Shown here: positions 38,809 to 54,968 of the stretch, piece after piece
How the letters are laid out: each line of letters opens with the position of its first letter
Numbering within the stretch: the first letter of the stretch is position 1
Source: Chlorokybus atmophyticus
Taxonomy: Eukaryota; Plantae; Mesostigma and Chlorokybus algae
NCBI GenBank assembly: GCA_009103225.1
Contig: RHPI01002656.1
Span: 248,001-312,000 of the forward strand
Direction of reading: 5' to 3'
DNA length: 64,000 bases
The notes under the pieces: model-generated
Told to the model about the DNA's origin: nothing
The model's database searches: none
The model's input: only the letters and a program-made list of their open reading frames with translations
Translations under genes and position numbers: made by a program

Positions 38809-41800
38809 TCACACTGGCTTTAAGGCCCTGAAATGGCCCACATGTAGATGTAAGTTGCTGTGGATGCGTGTGTGCGCGTGCGTGTTAGGCTATGTATATA
38901 TGGCGTGCGTATTGACACCTGCACCTGCAAGTGTGTGCGTGAAGCTATGTATATGTGGCGCATGCCATGTGCGTGTTGGCACATGCACGTGCGTGCGGGC
39001 GGGCGTGCGGGCGGGCGTGTATGCATGAGGCTGCGTATGTATGGCGTGCCTGTGCATGTGCGTGTGTGCGTGCGTGCGTGTATGCATGAGGCTGCGTATG
39101 TATGGCGTGCCTGTGCCTGTGCGTGTGTGCGTGCGTGTATGTCGGTGCGTGCGTGCGTGCGTGAGGTTGCGTGTATGTGGCGTGCGTGAGCGTGATTGTG
39201 TGTGCACTTGCGTGCGCGAGGCTGTGGATATGGCGGGTGTGTGTATGCGTGCGTGAGGCTGCGTGTGTGTGGTGTGTGTGTGCGTGTGCACGTGCGTGTA
39301 TGGATGTATGTGTGTATGTATGTGCGCATGCGTGAGTGCGTGAGGCTGCGTGTATGTAGCGTGCGAGTGTGAGGCTGTGTGCGTGCTGGCTCATGCGTGT
39401 ACGAGTGTGCGAGTGTGCGTGTGTGCGTGCGTGCGTGCGTGAGGCTGCGTTGTCCAACTCGCACATGCAAGCGCATGCACGCACACACATGTGCTCACCC
39501 AACCCCACCCACCCACCAGCGCGCACACGCATGCACGTGCGCTGCACACAGCGTATTGAGGCCAGAGGCGTGCCGCACGACCTCCGGTTCTCGGCTAGTG
39601 GGCTCCATCTTCCCTGAGCATACCAACATGTCAACTCGTGTTTCAGGGCACACATGCTAAGTGGGATGCGGCTTCAACTCACCCAAGGCAGCATTGTCCT
39701 TGTAATGAAACGCGAGCACCACATTCAGCCGCTCACTGAGCGTCTGAAGCTGCAGCGACACGAGTCTGCATGTGCGGTGTGGATGAGCGTGCATGATTAT
39801 GCGAGCATGGTGTGTCAGTGCATGCTTGATCCAGCTTCATGTGCGTGAGTGCCCGCGCGTGTGCATGTGTGTAAGCGTGTGTCTTTCTGTGCGTGCGTGC
39901 GTGCGTGCGTGCGTGCGTGTGCATTTCCGCATATGCGCGAGTGCCCATGCATGCTGATCTCAACGAGCCCAACCTCTGAGTATGTATGCGCTGCCAACAA
40001 GAGCTAGGCAGTGCGGGACTGAGTCCTTATGGTAGATCGCCACCACATCCCCCACAGCTCGGAAGGCCTGCAACATATGCGACTGTTGTGTGCCAGTTGT
40101 ACTTGCTCAACCAACTGTTACTATTGTCCATATAAAGTCACGCACACAAACATTGTGCGCGCATGCGAGTGCGTGTATGTACCCATGCACATGTGCATGC
40201 TGAGCACCAGTCTCTCAAGGTAGCGTGTGTAGAGTGTGGGGGAGGCGGAGGGGGATGCCGATCGCTGGAGGGGGAGGCAGCAAACACGTAAGCATCAACG
40301 CAAGTGTGTGAAAGAGTGTGCGCACGTGCATGTGTGAAACACATGCACGGTGCGGGTGTGTGTATGCGCACGCGCATCTGTGTGTAGTGCAGATCGCTGT
40401 CAATAGGCACATGCATGCGTGCGCACGCTTACAAGCGCACACGCTGACACTCGCGCAAACAACCACAGGCTCACAAGCGCGCGCGCGTGCGCTTGCGTGT
40501 CTGTGTAGTGCAATGTTATTACGTGCAGGTCGGTATGTGCACACATGTGGCACACGACTAGCCTTTCACTCGATCCACTGGGTATTGCACAGTTGTCGCA
40601 TGGATATGGGCATAAACGGGCACACGCATGCACAACTCAAATCACGCATGCATGGAGATGCACCTGTATTCTGCACCCGTATACGAGAGCACACATGCAT
40701 ACCACCTTGCATATGACCGGTGCAACATGCACTCATGGGTACATGCACGAATGCGCACAACACCGCTGCACCTTGTGCTGTGGACACGTGCAGCGGGCTC
40801 GGCCGGCCCTCTATGGCAGACAGAAATCGGGGTGAACTCCCGCTCTAAACCGAGATCCTCTTTCACCTGTAATCATCATATTAGAAGTATCATTCAGCTT
40901 TATGCAGTTCTTCACAATGACGGCAGGTGCCACTTCTATGTGCCTCTCTGAGCAGCTCTTCATGAAAAGATGGGCGGACGTGGTGCAACGAGGACGGGTC
41001 TCCGTAACGCACGCTCTCAAGAAACTTGAGCGCCAGAGCCCTGCCATTGCACTGCAAACTTTGACATGCAACATTTGGTGTGTCAAGCAGCAGCAGGAGG
41101 AAGCGACATGGGAAATGTGCGCGTGCGCATGCGGGTGTACATGGGAATGTTGATGTGCACATATTGACAAAGGCCTGAGAAGTTGCTACTCAGTTACTGA
41201 TGAGTTCAGTCATGAGGGCATTGTTTGCATACTAACAGTTGTATACTTCGATGCTCACCGTACACGGGCATGCAGGTGCGTGCGTGCGTGCGTGTACATG
41301 CACGTATCCGCCTGCATGCGCATGCGCGTGTGCGTGTGTGCGCGCACGCGGGGGTGCGTGTGTGTGTACGCATGCACACTTTGTGCATGGTCAGTCTTCT
41401 CGCGGCTCATGTCGTTTCATTGCACAAGACAGCAGCACTGTTGCAATCATCGTGTCGCATACCGGAGGCAGCGCGGTCGAAGAGCGACGCGTGCAGGCGC
41501 AACGGCGGCGAGAACCCATTGGCGCGTGGGGACGCCTCCGCAGTGATTCCCTCCCGCAGCGCCCACTGACAACTCTCCGCCCACACCTCGCACACGCTGT
41601 ACCTGCGAACCAACACGCCAACCACATTTACACCGAGACATAAACAGACAAACAAAAACAAGCGAGACACACGTGCACGCGCCGAGATATACGCGCGCGC
41701 GCGCGCGCGCACACATGTGCATACATACGCGCACGCACGCAAACACAATAACGCAATGGCATTGAATGTGTGGTTGTTGTTGTTTACCCGCATATACTAG

Positions 41801-42585
41801 CGGCGACGGTCACGATAGGCGGCGACGGTTCGTAGTCGGGTTCCTTGCCCTCGTCGAGCAGTCCATACGTGTGGACCGGCAGCGCAGGCGTGACGACCCC
41901 GCTGACAAACCGCTGCTTCGCCTTACCAAGACGGACCATCTCGCGCGGCTTGCTCACCTCCTTGTCGACAACCTGCGCTGTGCATCATTAGAGCCACGAC
42001 ACTCGTGGCATTCACATACACATGCATGATGTAATACATGTGGATGCATACATGTACGTGCATGCCACATGCACAAATGTTTGCATGCACGCGAACAAGC
42101 ACTGTGCACGCGCGGGCGTGTGCGTGCCCACACGTCTACATATTGGTGAACGTGTGTGCGCGTACATGCTTTGTTTGCGTGCGTGCTTGTGGGTCAGCGT
42201 GTACGTGCCTGTGCGCTTATGCGCATTTAAACGTCCACCAGCAGCCATGTGCATGTGTATTTGTCTGTCCACGTTCCCACTCATCACATCCATCCGAGAG
42301 ACGCTGCCTGCCACCAACAGTCGCTCCTCCACCAGGTCCGCGTTCGTCCGTCTGCGGTCCGTATGCCCCGTGCTCATGCACACACATGTTCATGCATGTG
42401 CGTGTGTGAGCAGTCACACACACACGCATGTACCAGAGCAAGTGTACACGTGTGCGCAGGCATTCATACCTCAGCCCGTCGACACACGCGCGCGCACCTG
42501 GGAGTTGTTGAAACGCGCTTTGCCAAATATCGTACTGCACATGTACGTAGTAGCTCAGCATGTGCGCATGGGATTGGTTGCGACC
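38809..42585 (-). CDS. Cryptic multi-exon gene of unknown function within TG/CA-repeat introns
   Basis: Short non-repetitive islands with AG/GT boundaries give coherent peptides: RTNADLVEERLLVAGSVSRMD, VVDKEVSKPREMVRLG...VAASICG, YSVCEVWAES...LFDRAAS, ALALKFLES...HEELLRE, VKEDLGLEREF, TLYTRYLERL, AFRAVGDVVAIYHKDSVPHCLAL, LQTLSERLNVVLAFHYKDNAALG, KMEPTSREPEVVRHASGLNT, LALKPV*. The 5' end and some middle junctions are unresolved. Confidence 0.45.
38860..39540. repeat. Degenerate (TG)n/(TGCG)n low-complexity microsatellite tract
   Basis: Continuous gtgc/gcgt/tgtg units with a recurring gaggctgcgtatgtatggcgtgc subunit. Confidence 0.85.
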
Positions 42586-42624
42586 TTGCGCTTGGGTATC
42601 CGCACCGGAAAGTGAGGGCACAGA

Positions 42625-42876
<252 letters not shown>

Positions 42877-43523
42877 ACCCACGTTGTTGATTCATAAGTG
42901 ACCAGCAGCAACGAGAACACAACAACGGCACTACTGCACACCAGCATCGGACACGTCGGTTTGTGTCGAAGCAGCAGCGAGTGCTGATGGAACATAGAAC
43001 AACAGCATATTGGTGTAGCTGCTGCTGCCACGCAATCGAAAAAAGACAAGCTAGCACAGCAGTTGCAATTGCAATTGAGAGCATATTTCACAGCCGACTG
43101 CTGCTGCTGATGCTAAATGCAGTAGAGACCAACATGGATGTGAGAAAGGTATGTAACATGTCAACAAGCACTCACTCATTGATGTCGGGGTCACCCTTGC
43201 TGCGAAGCTTGTCCATTACCTCCATGCGCTCACCTTCGACATGCGGTGCTTGGGTTGGAGGATGGAAAGGAGGTGGGGCTGGAGGCGAACCGAAGCGTGT
43301 GCCAGCAACAGGGTTGATGGCGAACTGAGGGGGAGTCAAGCTGAATCCAGGCAAAGGGGCTGGAGGTGCACGCACGGCGTTGATGATCAAAGGGATCATG
43401 GCGCTAACCATCTGTCGGATCGTCTCCGCCATGTCATTTGGGGCTGCACTACCAGTGGCCTGCAAGCATAGCATGCAATGAGAGGGCATGTCACGGTTAT
43501 GGGCACATGCATAACGGAAAGGG

Positions 43524-43889
43524 NNNNNNNNNNNNNNNNNNNNNNNNNNNNNNNNNNNNNNNNNNNNNNNNNNNNNNNNNNNNNNNNNNNNNNNNNNNNN
43601 NNNNNNNNNNNNNNNNNNNNNNNNNNNNNNNNNNNNNNNNNNNNNNNNNNNNNNNNNNNNNNNNNNNNNNNNNNNNNNNNNNNNNNNNNNNNNNNNNNNN
43701 NNNNNNNNNNNNNNNNNNNNNNNNNNNNNNNNNNNNNNNNNNNNNNNNNNNNNNNNNNNNNNNNNNNNNNNNNNNNNNNNNNNNNNNNNNNNNNNNNNNN
43801 NNNNNNNNNNNNNNNNNNNNNNNNNNNNNNNNNNNNNNNNNNNNNNNNNNNNNNNNNNNNNNNNNNNNNNNNNNNNNNNNNNNNNNNNN
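43524..43889. other. Assembly gap (366 N)
   Basis: Run of n flanked by G homopolymers. Confidence 0.99.
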
Positions 43890-44344
43890 GGGGGGGGAGA
43901 GGAGGATATGCATGCAAGTTTCGCAATGCGCTTACACTTACATTGCCATAGGCAGCTGCTGCTCACTGTCGCCGGTATGTTGGTGCCTTGTTGTGGTGGT
44001 GTCGTTCAGCTATGGCATAACCGCGAGTGGGGCGGCTGGTTCGCTCCATGATGGCCTTTGCGCGCTTGGCTGCTTGTGACGAACACTCACCAAGTGGTTG
44101 CTTCCCCCTCCTGCGCTTCGGTGCATCCTCCTCTTGCGTTTCCAACTCCGCATGCCAGTCAATGGCATTGTCGTGTAAAGTATCATCCTCATCCTTCTCG
44201 AGCTCCTCGTCTTTGCTGGCTGCTTTGTTGTCATCCTGCACAAGAGTATCACACCCTTGTCAGCTGTGGTGTTACGCCTCAACAATGAACGTGCAAGCCA
44301 GCATGTGAGGACAATGTAAACAATAGCTGGAACAGTATTGACAG

Positions 44345-44705
44345 ACCAACTGCCAACACTAACAAGGGCTGCCAACTGTAGATGATTGAAGGAACAATAC
44401 CAAGCATGCAAGCATGTGAATGCCAACGCATACACTTGCTGCAGTGTCAATGAGCAATAATGAAACAGCTTGAAAGCATATGCAGATGGTAACAGGGAAA
44501 AGCAGCAGTTGTGACAGACTCTGCAAGCATGTGCAACTGCCAATACTAACACTAAGGGCTGTCAACTGTAGATGATTGAAGCAACATCAACGAAGCATGC
44601 AAGCATGTGATTGCCAACGCATATACTTGCTGCAGTGTCAACAAGCAACAATGAAACAGATTGGAAGCATATGCAGAGGGTAACAAGAACAACAGCAGCA
44701 GGGAC
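44345..44705. repeat. Two diverged tandem copies of a ~185-bp intronic unit
   Basis: ctaacactaagggctg...caagcatgcaagcatgtga...tgccaacgcata...tgctgcagtgtcaa...gcatatgcaga occurs twice. Confidence 0.75.
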
Positions 44706-45099
44706 ACCTGTGTTTGCATAAACCAAGCATGACATATCAGCTGTGCACCAACCTCTGGGTCGTAAGAGCGCTCGCTCCCAGAAGGTGTGGTGTCGGTGAT
44801 TTTACCATCATCGAGGGCAGGCAAGCTCTTCTCCTGCTCCTCCTCCTCGTCTTGTCGTCTTCATGGGCTGCAAGATCCTCGTGTTCCTCCTTGTCGTCGT
44901 TCTCCTCATCATTATTGTCGGAGACAAAGAGTGCTGCTGGCTTGACGGCCTTTGCATCCTTGCCTTTGTTAAGCGCTGCAATGTTATTGGCTGCAATGCA
45001 AGCGGCTGGTTAAGTTACAAGATGATGTGCAGTCACAACAATGCAACCGTTTTTTGAAAGAATGCAGGCAGAGTCACAACGGCAAGAATGTGACGCAGT

Positions 45100-47345
45100 G
45101 TGACAGCACTTGACATGGCAGAATCTAGCCTATCTACCTCTTACCGTATTCCAAGGGCGAGCAACATGCTGCAAAACACCCAAGCAATCCTCTATCATCG
45201 CTGCATGAACATCATCCTTGATAGCTTAGCCAAACGGGCTAGCCGCACGGGCGTTGAGTTGACTTCCTATGAATGTGAGTCGTGCACGGCATATCCTTTG
45301 CTATGGACATTTATCGCCGACAATGAGGAGCAATGGTGCGCGACGCTTATTAAGTCCAGCAATAGAACAAGCCACCCGTGTGGTTATTGCATGGTAAGCA
45401 TCATATATATACATGAGCATAAGACATCAAACTTGTTCATGGCTGCGCACCTTCAAGCTGGCAGCTGTTTGCTGCAAATACCAGCTGTTGACTACAGGTG
45501 AAAGCTGCTGACTTGAACGCATCCCAACTAAACTATGAGTTGCGGGCGGAGAGCATGATGATTGAAGTATACGACATGGCCCGCGAGTTGTTTAATGAGG
45601 GGAGCCGACAAGCACCTCAGCAATTGCTTGATAAGTTCTCTACGCATGATGTCAATGTAAGTGTGCTTGCTGTCTTCTGCACCACACTATATTGCATGCT
45701 GCTGGTTGACAACAGCAGATACAGTTAATTGCAGTGGACAATGGCTTGTACCTACAGAACGGGTTATGGGGCTTCAGACATTTCAACCACCCCGCCAATA
45801 GGGTGTACGAAGCCATCACACCGGAGCAGCTGCATACATGCGAGTCCGGCATCTTCTCATCACTTATGCAGGTTCCGTGAGTGGGCTGCGGCGAACATTG
45901 CGGGCTACACCACGGCAATACGCACGGCCAATCACAATCCCAATGCCATATCTTTAACGTATTTAGGGCTCCGCGTTCCGTCATTAAAGAAAGACTACAT
46001 TGGTAAAGCAGCTTTTCTTATGGCTTTTCAGCACCATTATGAAGGTGATTTGCATCGCCGTGAGCGGCGTGTTCGTTTTGCCGAACGGTAGTGACCCAGT
46101 GCTTGAGTGCATTTATGCGTATGTGGAACTCGTGGTACTTTGACGCTTTTGTTCGGCATGAGGCAAGGGGATATATAAAAGCACTCCGCACCATTGAGGA
46201 GCTATGGGACAGATGTGCCGAGCTTCTTAAGCAACACTTTAGCGAGTATCAAACGACGGTGTGGCGGACATGGAAGTTTCAATGGTGCTCGCGGTTTCCT
46301 TCGGCCATTCGTGCTAGGGGCTCCACACAAGAGTACAATGCCAATCCCGGCGAGAAAAAGCATTGAAAAGTTGCAAAAGCAACGTGGAGGTAGACACATG
46401 CTTTAATTCCTCTGCAGCTGACTGTCAATGATGCAGTGGACTTGTTTAATGCTGCAGTATGACGGTACGCAGTGCTAAATGACAATATGCGACAAAGCCT
46501 CTAACAAAGAGAATGCAGCAAAGCAGATTGCAATGCACATATCCCGCAGCAAGGCTCTCACCAACGCGGCGCTGCATGAGTTGCAACAATTACAACACTT
46601 TAAGCGCAATCCCAGACAAAATAAATACCCAATGACTACGGCGGCTTTGGCAATGGGCAATAATTACCTTGGTGGGCGAGAGAGGGACCGCTTCATTACA
46701 ATGGAGGAGCTCAACATGGTGGAGAGTTGGCTCAATGTCGGCTCTGAGCACACTGGCGTATCAACCCGCCAACTCTTTAAAGCGTGCCCCGAGTTGAACC
46801 GCATACGCTACCTTCTCTCTCGACGTTTGGCCATTATTGAGGACGAGAGTGCAGGGGGTGACGGCATCAACATCGGGACACCATCAACGTGGCCAAAGGT
46901 ATGATGTAATCTTTACAAATTTGTCAACCATGATACTCAAGAGTGCATATAAATTGCTACCAGCATCATTATAACACTTATACTGCATCAGTGACTGTGC
47001 ATAATAGTTGTGTTTGCAGGTGCAGCGCATTTGCATTGTTAAATGCGTGTACATTGGCGGTGTGGTGAGCAACTATGGACATGTTGTTGTGCAGACTGGG
47101 CATTGTTCAACAAACTTTTACGGCCGTGAGGTCTTTTCAAACGTGGCGGTAGATGGTGGTGATGATGAAAAGTGATTCGGCCAACTTCGTTTGGTGTTTG
47201 GTGTTAAAGACACGCACAACCACATGCACAACTTTGCCTTCCTCAAGTGGTATCGTGAAGCGCGCCCGCGAGCACGCACTGTTCCCGGCATGAAGAGGTT
47301 CGAGTGGGACCCGAAGGTGTGTCGAGGAGCCCGCGAACAATAATA
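45100..47345 (+). mobile_element. Plavaka-type transposase remnant (spliced, pseudogenised)
   Basis: YPLLWTFIADNEEQW...HPCGYCMV (cf. the ADYPEQ...CPxC motif), YEAITPEQLHTCESGIF (cf. PDxLHxxxxGVF), and C-terminal VFSNVAVDG...*FGQLRLVF...AFLKWY. In-frame stops and frameshifts; the 5' part is missing. Confidence 0.7.
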
Positions 47346-47924
47346 CGACAGCCTAAACATTAACTTGTTGATGCGCCTAGCTCATACTGTGCCTGATTTT
47401 CAATGAGAACACGTTCTACCCTAATTTGCATATGTGGGTAGAGAAGTTACTGATACAGCCCTTGATAGTTGTATGATGTATGCGAGTTGTCATGTGATGT
47501 CCTGCTGCAACGAAAACTTAAGAGCATAGCTTACACAATCGAGATAGCGACTTAAGTTAAGACGCGCATAAAGGTTATCTTGCCAGGCAGTGCTGAATGA
47601 GCATTGGTAAATGGAGCATCAACGCATGACAGCTTTAAACAATGTTATAATGATGTCAAGTTTGTCATTGATGTCACATTACTTGCATGGTTGCAAGTAT
47701 TTTATGGCATACATGAGCAAGTCTCATTGCCAGCATACCATATATGCTAGTTGCACACGTTGCTTTGCCTAAACACGCCGGATATTTAGCTGTTATTTTT
47801 GACATATATTGCATCGGCCTGTCATTAACTCATGAACTGATGCAAAATGACATAAACCCTTGTTACTGACGTTAAAAACAGGGTGTACACTCACTTTATT
47901 GCCACTGACTGTCTTGCCAACTAT

Positions 47925-51690
<3,766 letters not shown>

Positions 51691-51732
51691 AGCGTTGTCT
51701 CCGTGCGCTGCCTTACCCCGCGTCTTCACCGA

Positions 51733-51916
51733 TGTAACAGGGGTGAGGCAGCATGCAAAGGGTAGCTAGCGCATGAACAGAGCAGATTATATTGAATAGC
51801 CAGAGGTCCCTCTCCTTACGCAACCCTAACTTTTAAAGGTCATTACCCGCCATGTATGTGGTCTTTAACTGTCTTATGTAAGATCAGAAGCGGCCATAGA
51901 GGCTTCGCCCATTACA
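51733..51916 (-). mobile_element. LTR (5' LTR of the minus-strand Ty3/gypsy element)
   Basis: TGTAAC...ATTACA termini; homologous to 37407-37594; gag ATG at 51688-51690 just inside. Confidence 0.85.
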
Positions 51917-52092
51917 AGGGGTTTTGCCGCCGCTTCCCTCCGAAGCGGTGCACCGCAGCTCCCTCCTCCCACACGCCAGCTAGCGGCTGCAGCGGGGAAA
52001 TTCAAAGGCTAATCTGTTCGGCCGTGGATGCTGCATGCAACTCAGCCTGCTGACGGCAACATCAATGATTCCGGTAAGGCTGACCGGCATAT

Positions 52093-52390
52093 GTGTTGCT
52101 TATCAGTTGTTTTGCCTCTTGCGGTTTACACGTATGTTGCGGTCAAGTAGTTGGGACCTGCAACAGAACATGGAAAGGTTGGCTCTTGTCATGTCAGTTG
52201 TTTTGCCTTGCGGTTTTCATGTGTGTTGCGGTAAAAGTCAAGTAAGTAGTTGGGATCTGCAACAATAAGCCGAAATCTTGGCACTTGTTATGTCAGTTGC
52301 TCTACCTTGTCGTTTCCAACTTATTTGCGATGGAAGTCAAGTACTTGGGACCTGCAACAGAATACAGAAAAGTTGGCACTTGTCATGGAG
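52093..52390. repeat. Degenerate tandem repeat, about 3 units of ~95-100 bp
   Basis: gtcaagta(g/c)ttgggacctgcaaca...ttggc(a/t)cttgt(c/t)atgtcagttg recurs near 52142, 52237 and 52336. Confidence 0.75.
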
Positions 52391-54968
52391 TAGTATTGCT
52401 CCCGCTAACTAACCCATACAAGTAATATATAAGTAGATTCTCTGACTTGGAGCACGAGGCATACGCCCAAGTGGGCGAAACCTTTTTACGACAAATTTTA
52501 GAAATTGCTGACAACTCTGAAAACCAACTTTGAAGATTGAGTTTGGAAACATTTGACGACCTTGAAGACTAACAATCAGGAGTAGAGCAACAGTTGAAGG
52601 CGTCAAGAGACGAGATTAAAACCTTGCATGGAATGCGTAATGATCTGCTTGGCAAGATGTTTAAGCAAAAAGTAAGAGACATGCCCGAAGTATAGTTGAT
52701 AAATGTTGATGTTAACATGCGGTTGGAGTCTAATCAGGATTTGAGCGACACGTGCTGACAATTATACGCGATTTGAGTTTTAAGAAGAAGCATTTACGCG
52801 TGGAGTGGCAGCTTGAGATAAAGGATTTGTGTAAGCTAGAATTGTTGGTCACTAGCTACACTGGCACTGACCTTCCACAAGGAAGGAAGAATGTGCGCCG
52901 ACCATGTCAACACAAGGAGCATCCGCTGCCATTGCCATCGAGGTGTCAGTGACATTGGGCCTTACCGACATTATACGCGCAAACACGTGCGATGAGCTAT
53001 TGCATGAAGTCCGAGAGTGCCGCAACTTCGACGCAGTTGTACGGGTTGTCACAGGACTAGGGGACAACGTGGACATGCCCTTGCGGGAAGCGGCCAATGC
53101 CACGAATATCATTTCGGTCACGAAATTCCATGCCCATTGCTATATAGGATATGGAATCTAGTCAACCCCAACATATGTAGCATGTGTACATATTGCGTAC
53201 AAGATATGCGCACGGTTGTTGTAGACATGCATGTATATAGTTGCACAAGTATGCAAGACCGAATAGTGGTGTGTAAATGTAACACGTGTGGTTTGCATTA
53301 TGACAGCGGTTTAAGGCAATATGGAGCGGTGGTGCCAGCTGAACTTGGCATAAGGTGTTGCCAGGCAGCATCGCAAGTTTCATGGCAAGAACTGGCCTTG
53401 CATTTGGTTACGTTGTGTTGCGTTGTGTTGTGTTGTGTTGTAAGGTTTTGTAGAAGCAGTGCACAATTATAGCTAATGGCACTTTGCAACCAAGCACTTG
53501 TGTAGAATGTATGCAATGGTGTGCATGTGTGCTGTGCTATTTGCTTTTAATCAAATAGGAGAGATCTCTCATGTCTACATGTGCATGCACGTGCATGTGG
53601 GGCGCGTGTTTGCATCTGTGCATGTCCCTCTGCATGCACGTGCTTTTCGGAACGACTGTCGACTGAGTCACTTCGATCTCCACGGTATGAATTATGGACT
53701 TAGCAGATTTTGCAGCAATCCGTCATGACATGCGGCGAATAGACCCTTTGCGTTAATTGCTGTGTCTACTGCTGATGGTCCTCCCACATCGTGGCCTGAG
53801 ATAGTTTACTGGTCACCATCCATTCAAGACTTGACTCAGCATGGGATGGTGGAGATGTGGGAGGGACTTGAGCTGTTCAGACATTTGCACACCCATCGTG
53901 GTGAGTCCTCCTTGGTGACTGTAATGTCGTTATGTGCATAGCAGCGATTGCTTTAGAATTCACTTCGTCAACAAGCTCTGTGTATGAGGGATGGTGTTAT
54001 GCTGAGGCTTTGAGTTGTCCTGCCATCACATTAGCAGTGCATGCAATCCTCCTTGTTGTATTATTGCTCCGTTGCAAAGTTGCAAGCGCTTGAGCATTAT
54101 CTGAACGATGTCTTGCCTGGCAATGGCCCTTGCGTAGTGAGCAGCTCCATGTTGCATTGTTTCAAGACTTGCTTGAATTAACATAATCTTTTCTCCGTGT
54201 GCTTCAAAACATGCAGCGCCTCGCCACCTGTTGTTTCCTACAACAGATGGTGTGAGGATTCCCCTCAGTCAGCAGTGAATGGAGTATACGCAGGGGAGCT
54301 GCACACAGAACTTCACAGGTTGAGTCTCCCACGCATGCATGCATGCACACACGGCCACAAGCTTGGCCAAAAGCATTGCATGCAATGTTGCACCAGTAAG
54401 GGTCAACCTTGGACGTAACTCCCCCCCCCCCCCCTTCCCCGCGGGCGCGGCNGTCAGCAGTGAATGGAGTATACGCAGGGGAGCTGCACACAGAACTTCA
54501 CAGGTTGAGTCTCCCACGCATGCATGCATGCACACACGGCCACAAGCTTGGCCAAAAGCATTGCATGCAATGTTGCACCAGTAAGGGTCAACCTTGGACG
54601 TAACTCCCCCCCCCCCCCCGCCTTCCCCGCGGGCGCGGCCCCCGGCCCTCGAGGATTGTAGATGACCTCACAGGTTTGAAGGGGGAATGTACACTAAGAG
54701 CGGAGGTGTCGACAGCCTTCAAGCATGGTTTCGTCAAGCGCACGATCCTTCATAAAAAATGAGGTCCTGGTAACTGGTAGTGAGTGTCTACACGATAAGT
54801 ACAACACCTGCGGAGCTAGACTTGGAAGCTACAACTTCAGATACTGTCCAAGAGAGACCACAAGCTGCATGGAGTTTGCCTGTACTACAGTTGAATAATT
54901 GGTTGAACCTCGACCCAGTCATTTTGCTACAGTACACTATGCACAATCAACACTGAACTACGTAGTGA

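Larger units (their letters stand above)
43172..45010 (-). pseudogene. Degenerate acidic/low-complexity spliced ORF, probable companion gene of the adjacent transposon
   Basis: Exon-like pieces IAANNIAALNKGKDAK...SYDPE, DDNKAASKDEELEK...KRRRGK and MAETIRQMVSAMIPLIINAV...GDPDINE*. Frameshifts, a stop, and the N gap interrupt it. Confidence 0.4.

Noticed and set aside
38820-39660. His/Thr/Arg- and Cys/Val-rich ORFs over 200 aa
   Set aside because: These are translations of TG/CA low-complexity intron sequence.
39548-40060. HxD...H pattern (YHKD...VRH) in the cryptic gene, suggesting a TET/JBP dioxygenase next to Plavaka
   Set aside because: The segment after HKD looks helical, the spacing is short, and the 2OG-binding Arg is absent, so it does not fit a DSBH fold.
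41175-41310. Micro-exons giving GGYAFVNM (RRM RNP1-like) in the cryptic gene
   Set aside because: This needs 8-nt and 14-nt exons chosen by me, and the surrounding sequence lacks RRM features. Too speculative without junction reads.
43172-44079. ORFs of 138-264 aa spanning X runs
   Set aside because: They are open only because of the 366-N gap.
54268-54638. Near-perfect ~185-bp tandem duplication
   Set aside because: The copies are joined at a single N (54452) after a poly-C run, the typical signature of an assembly overlap rather than biology.
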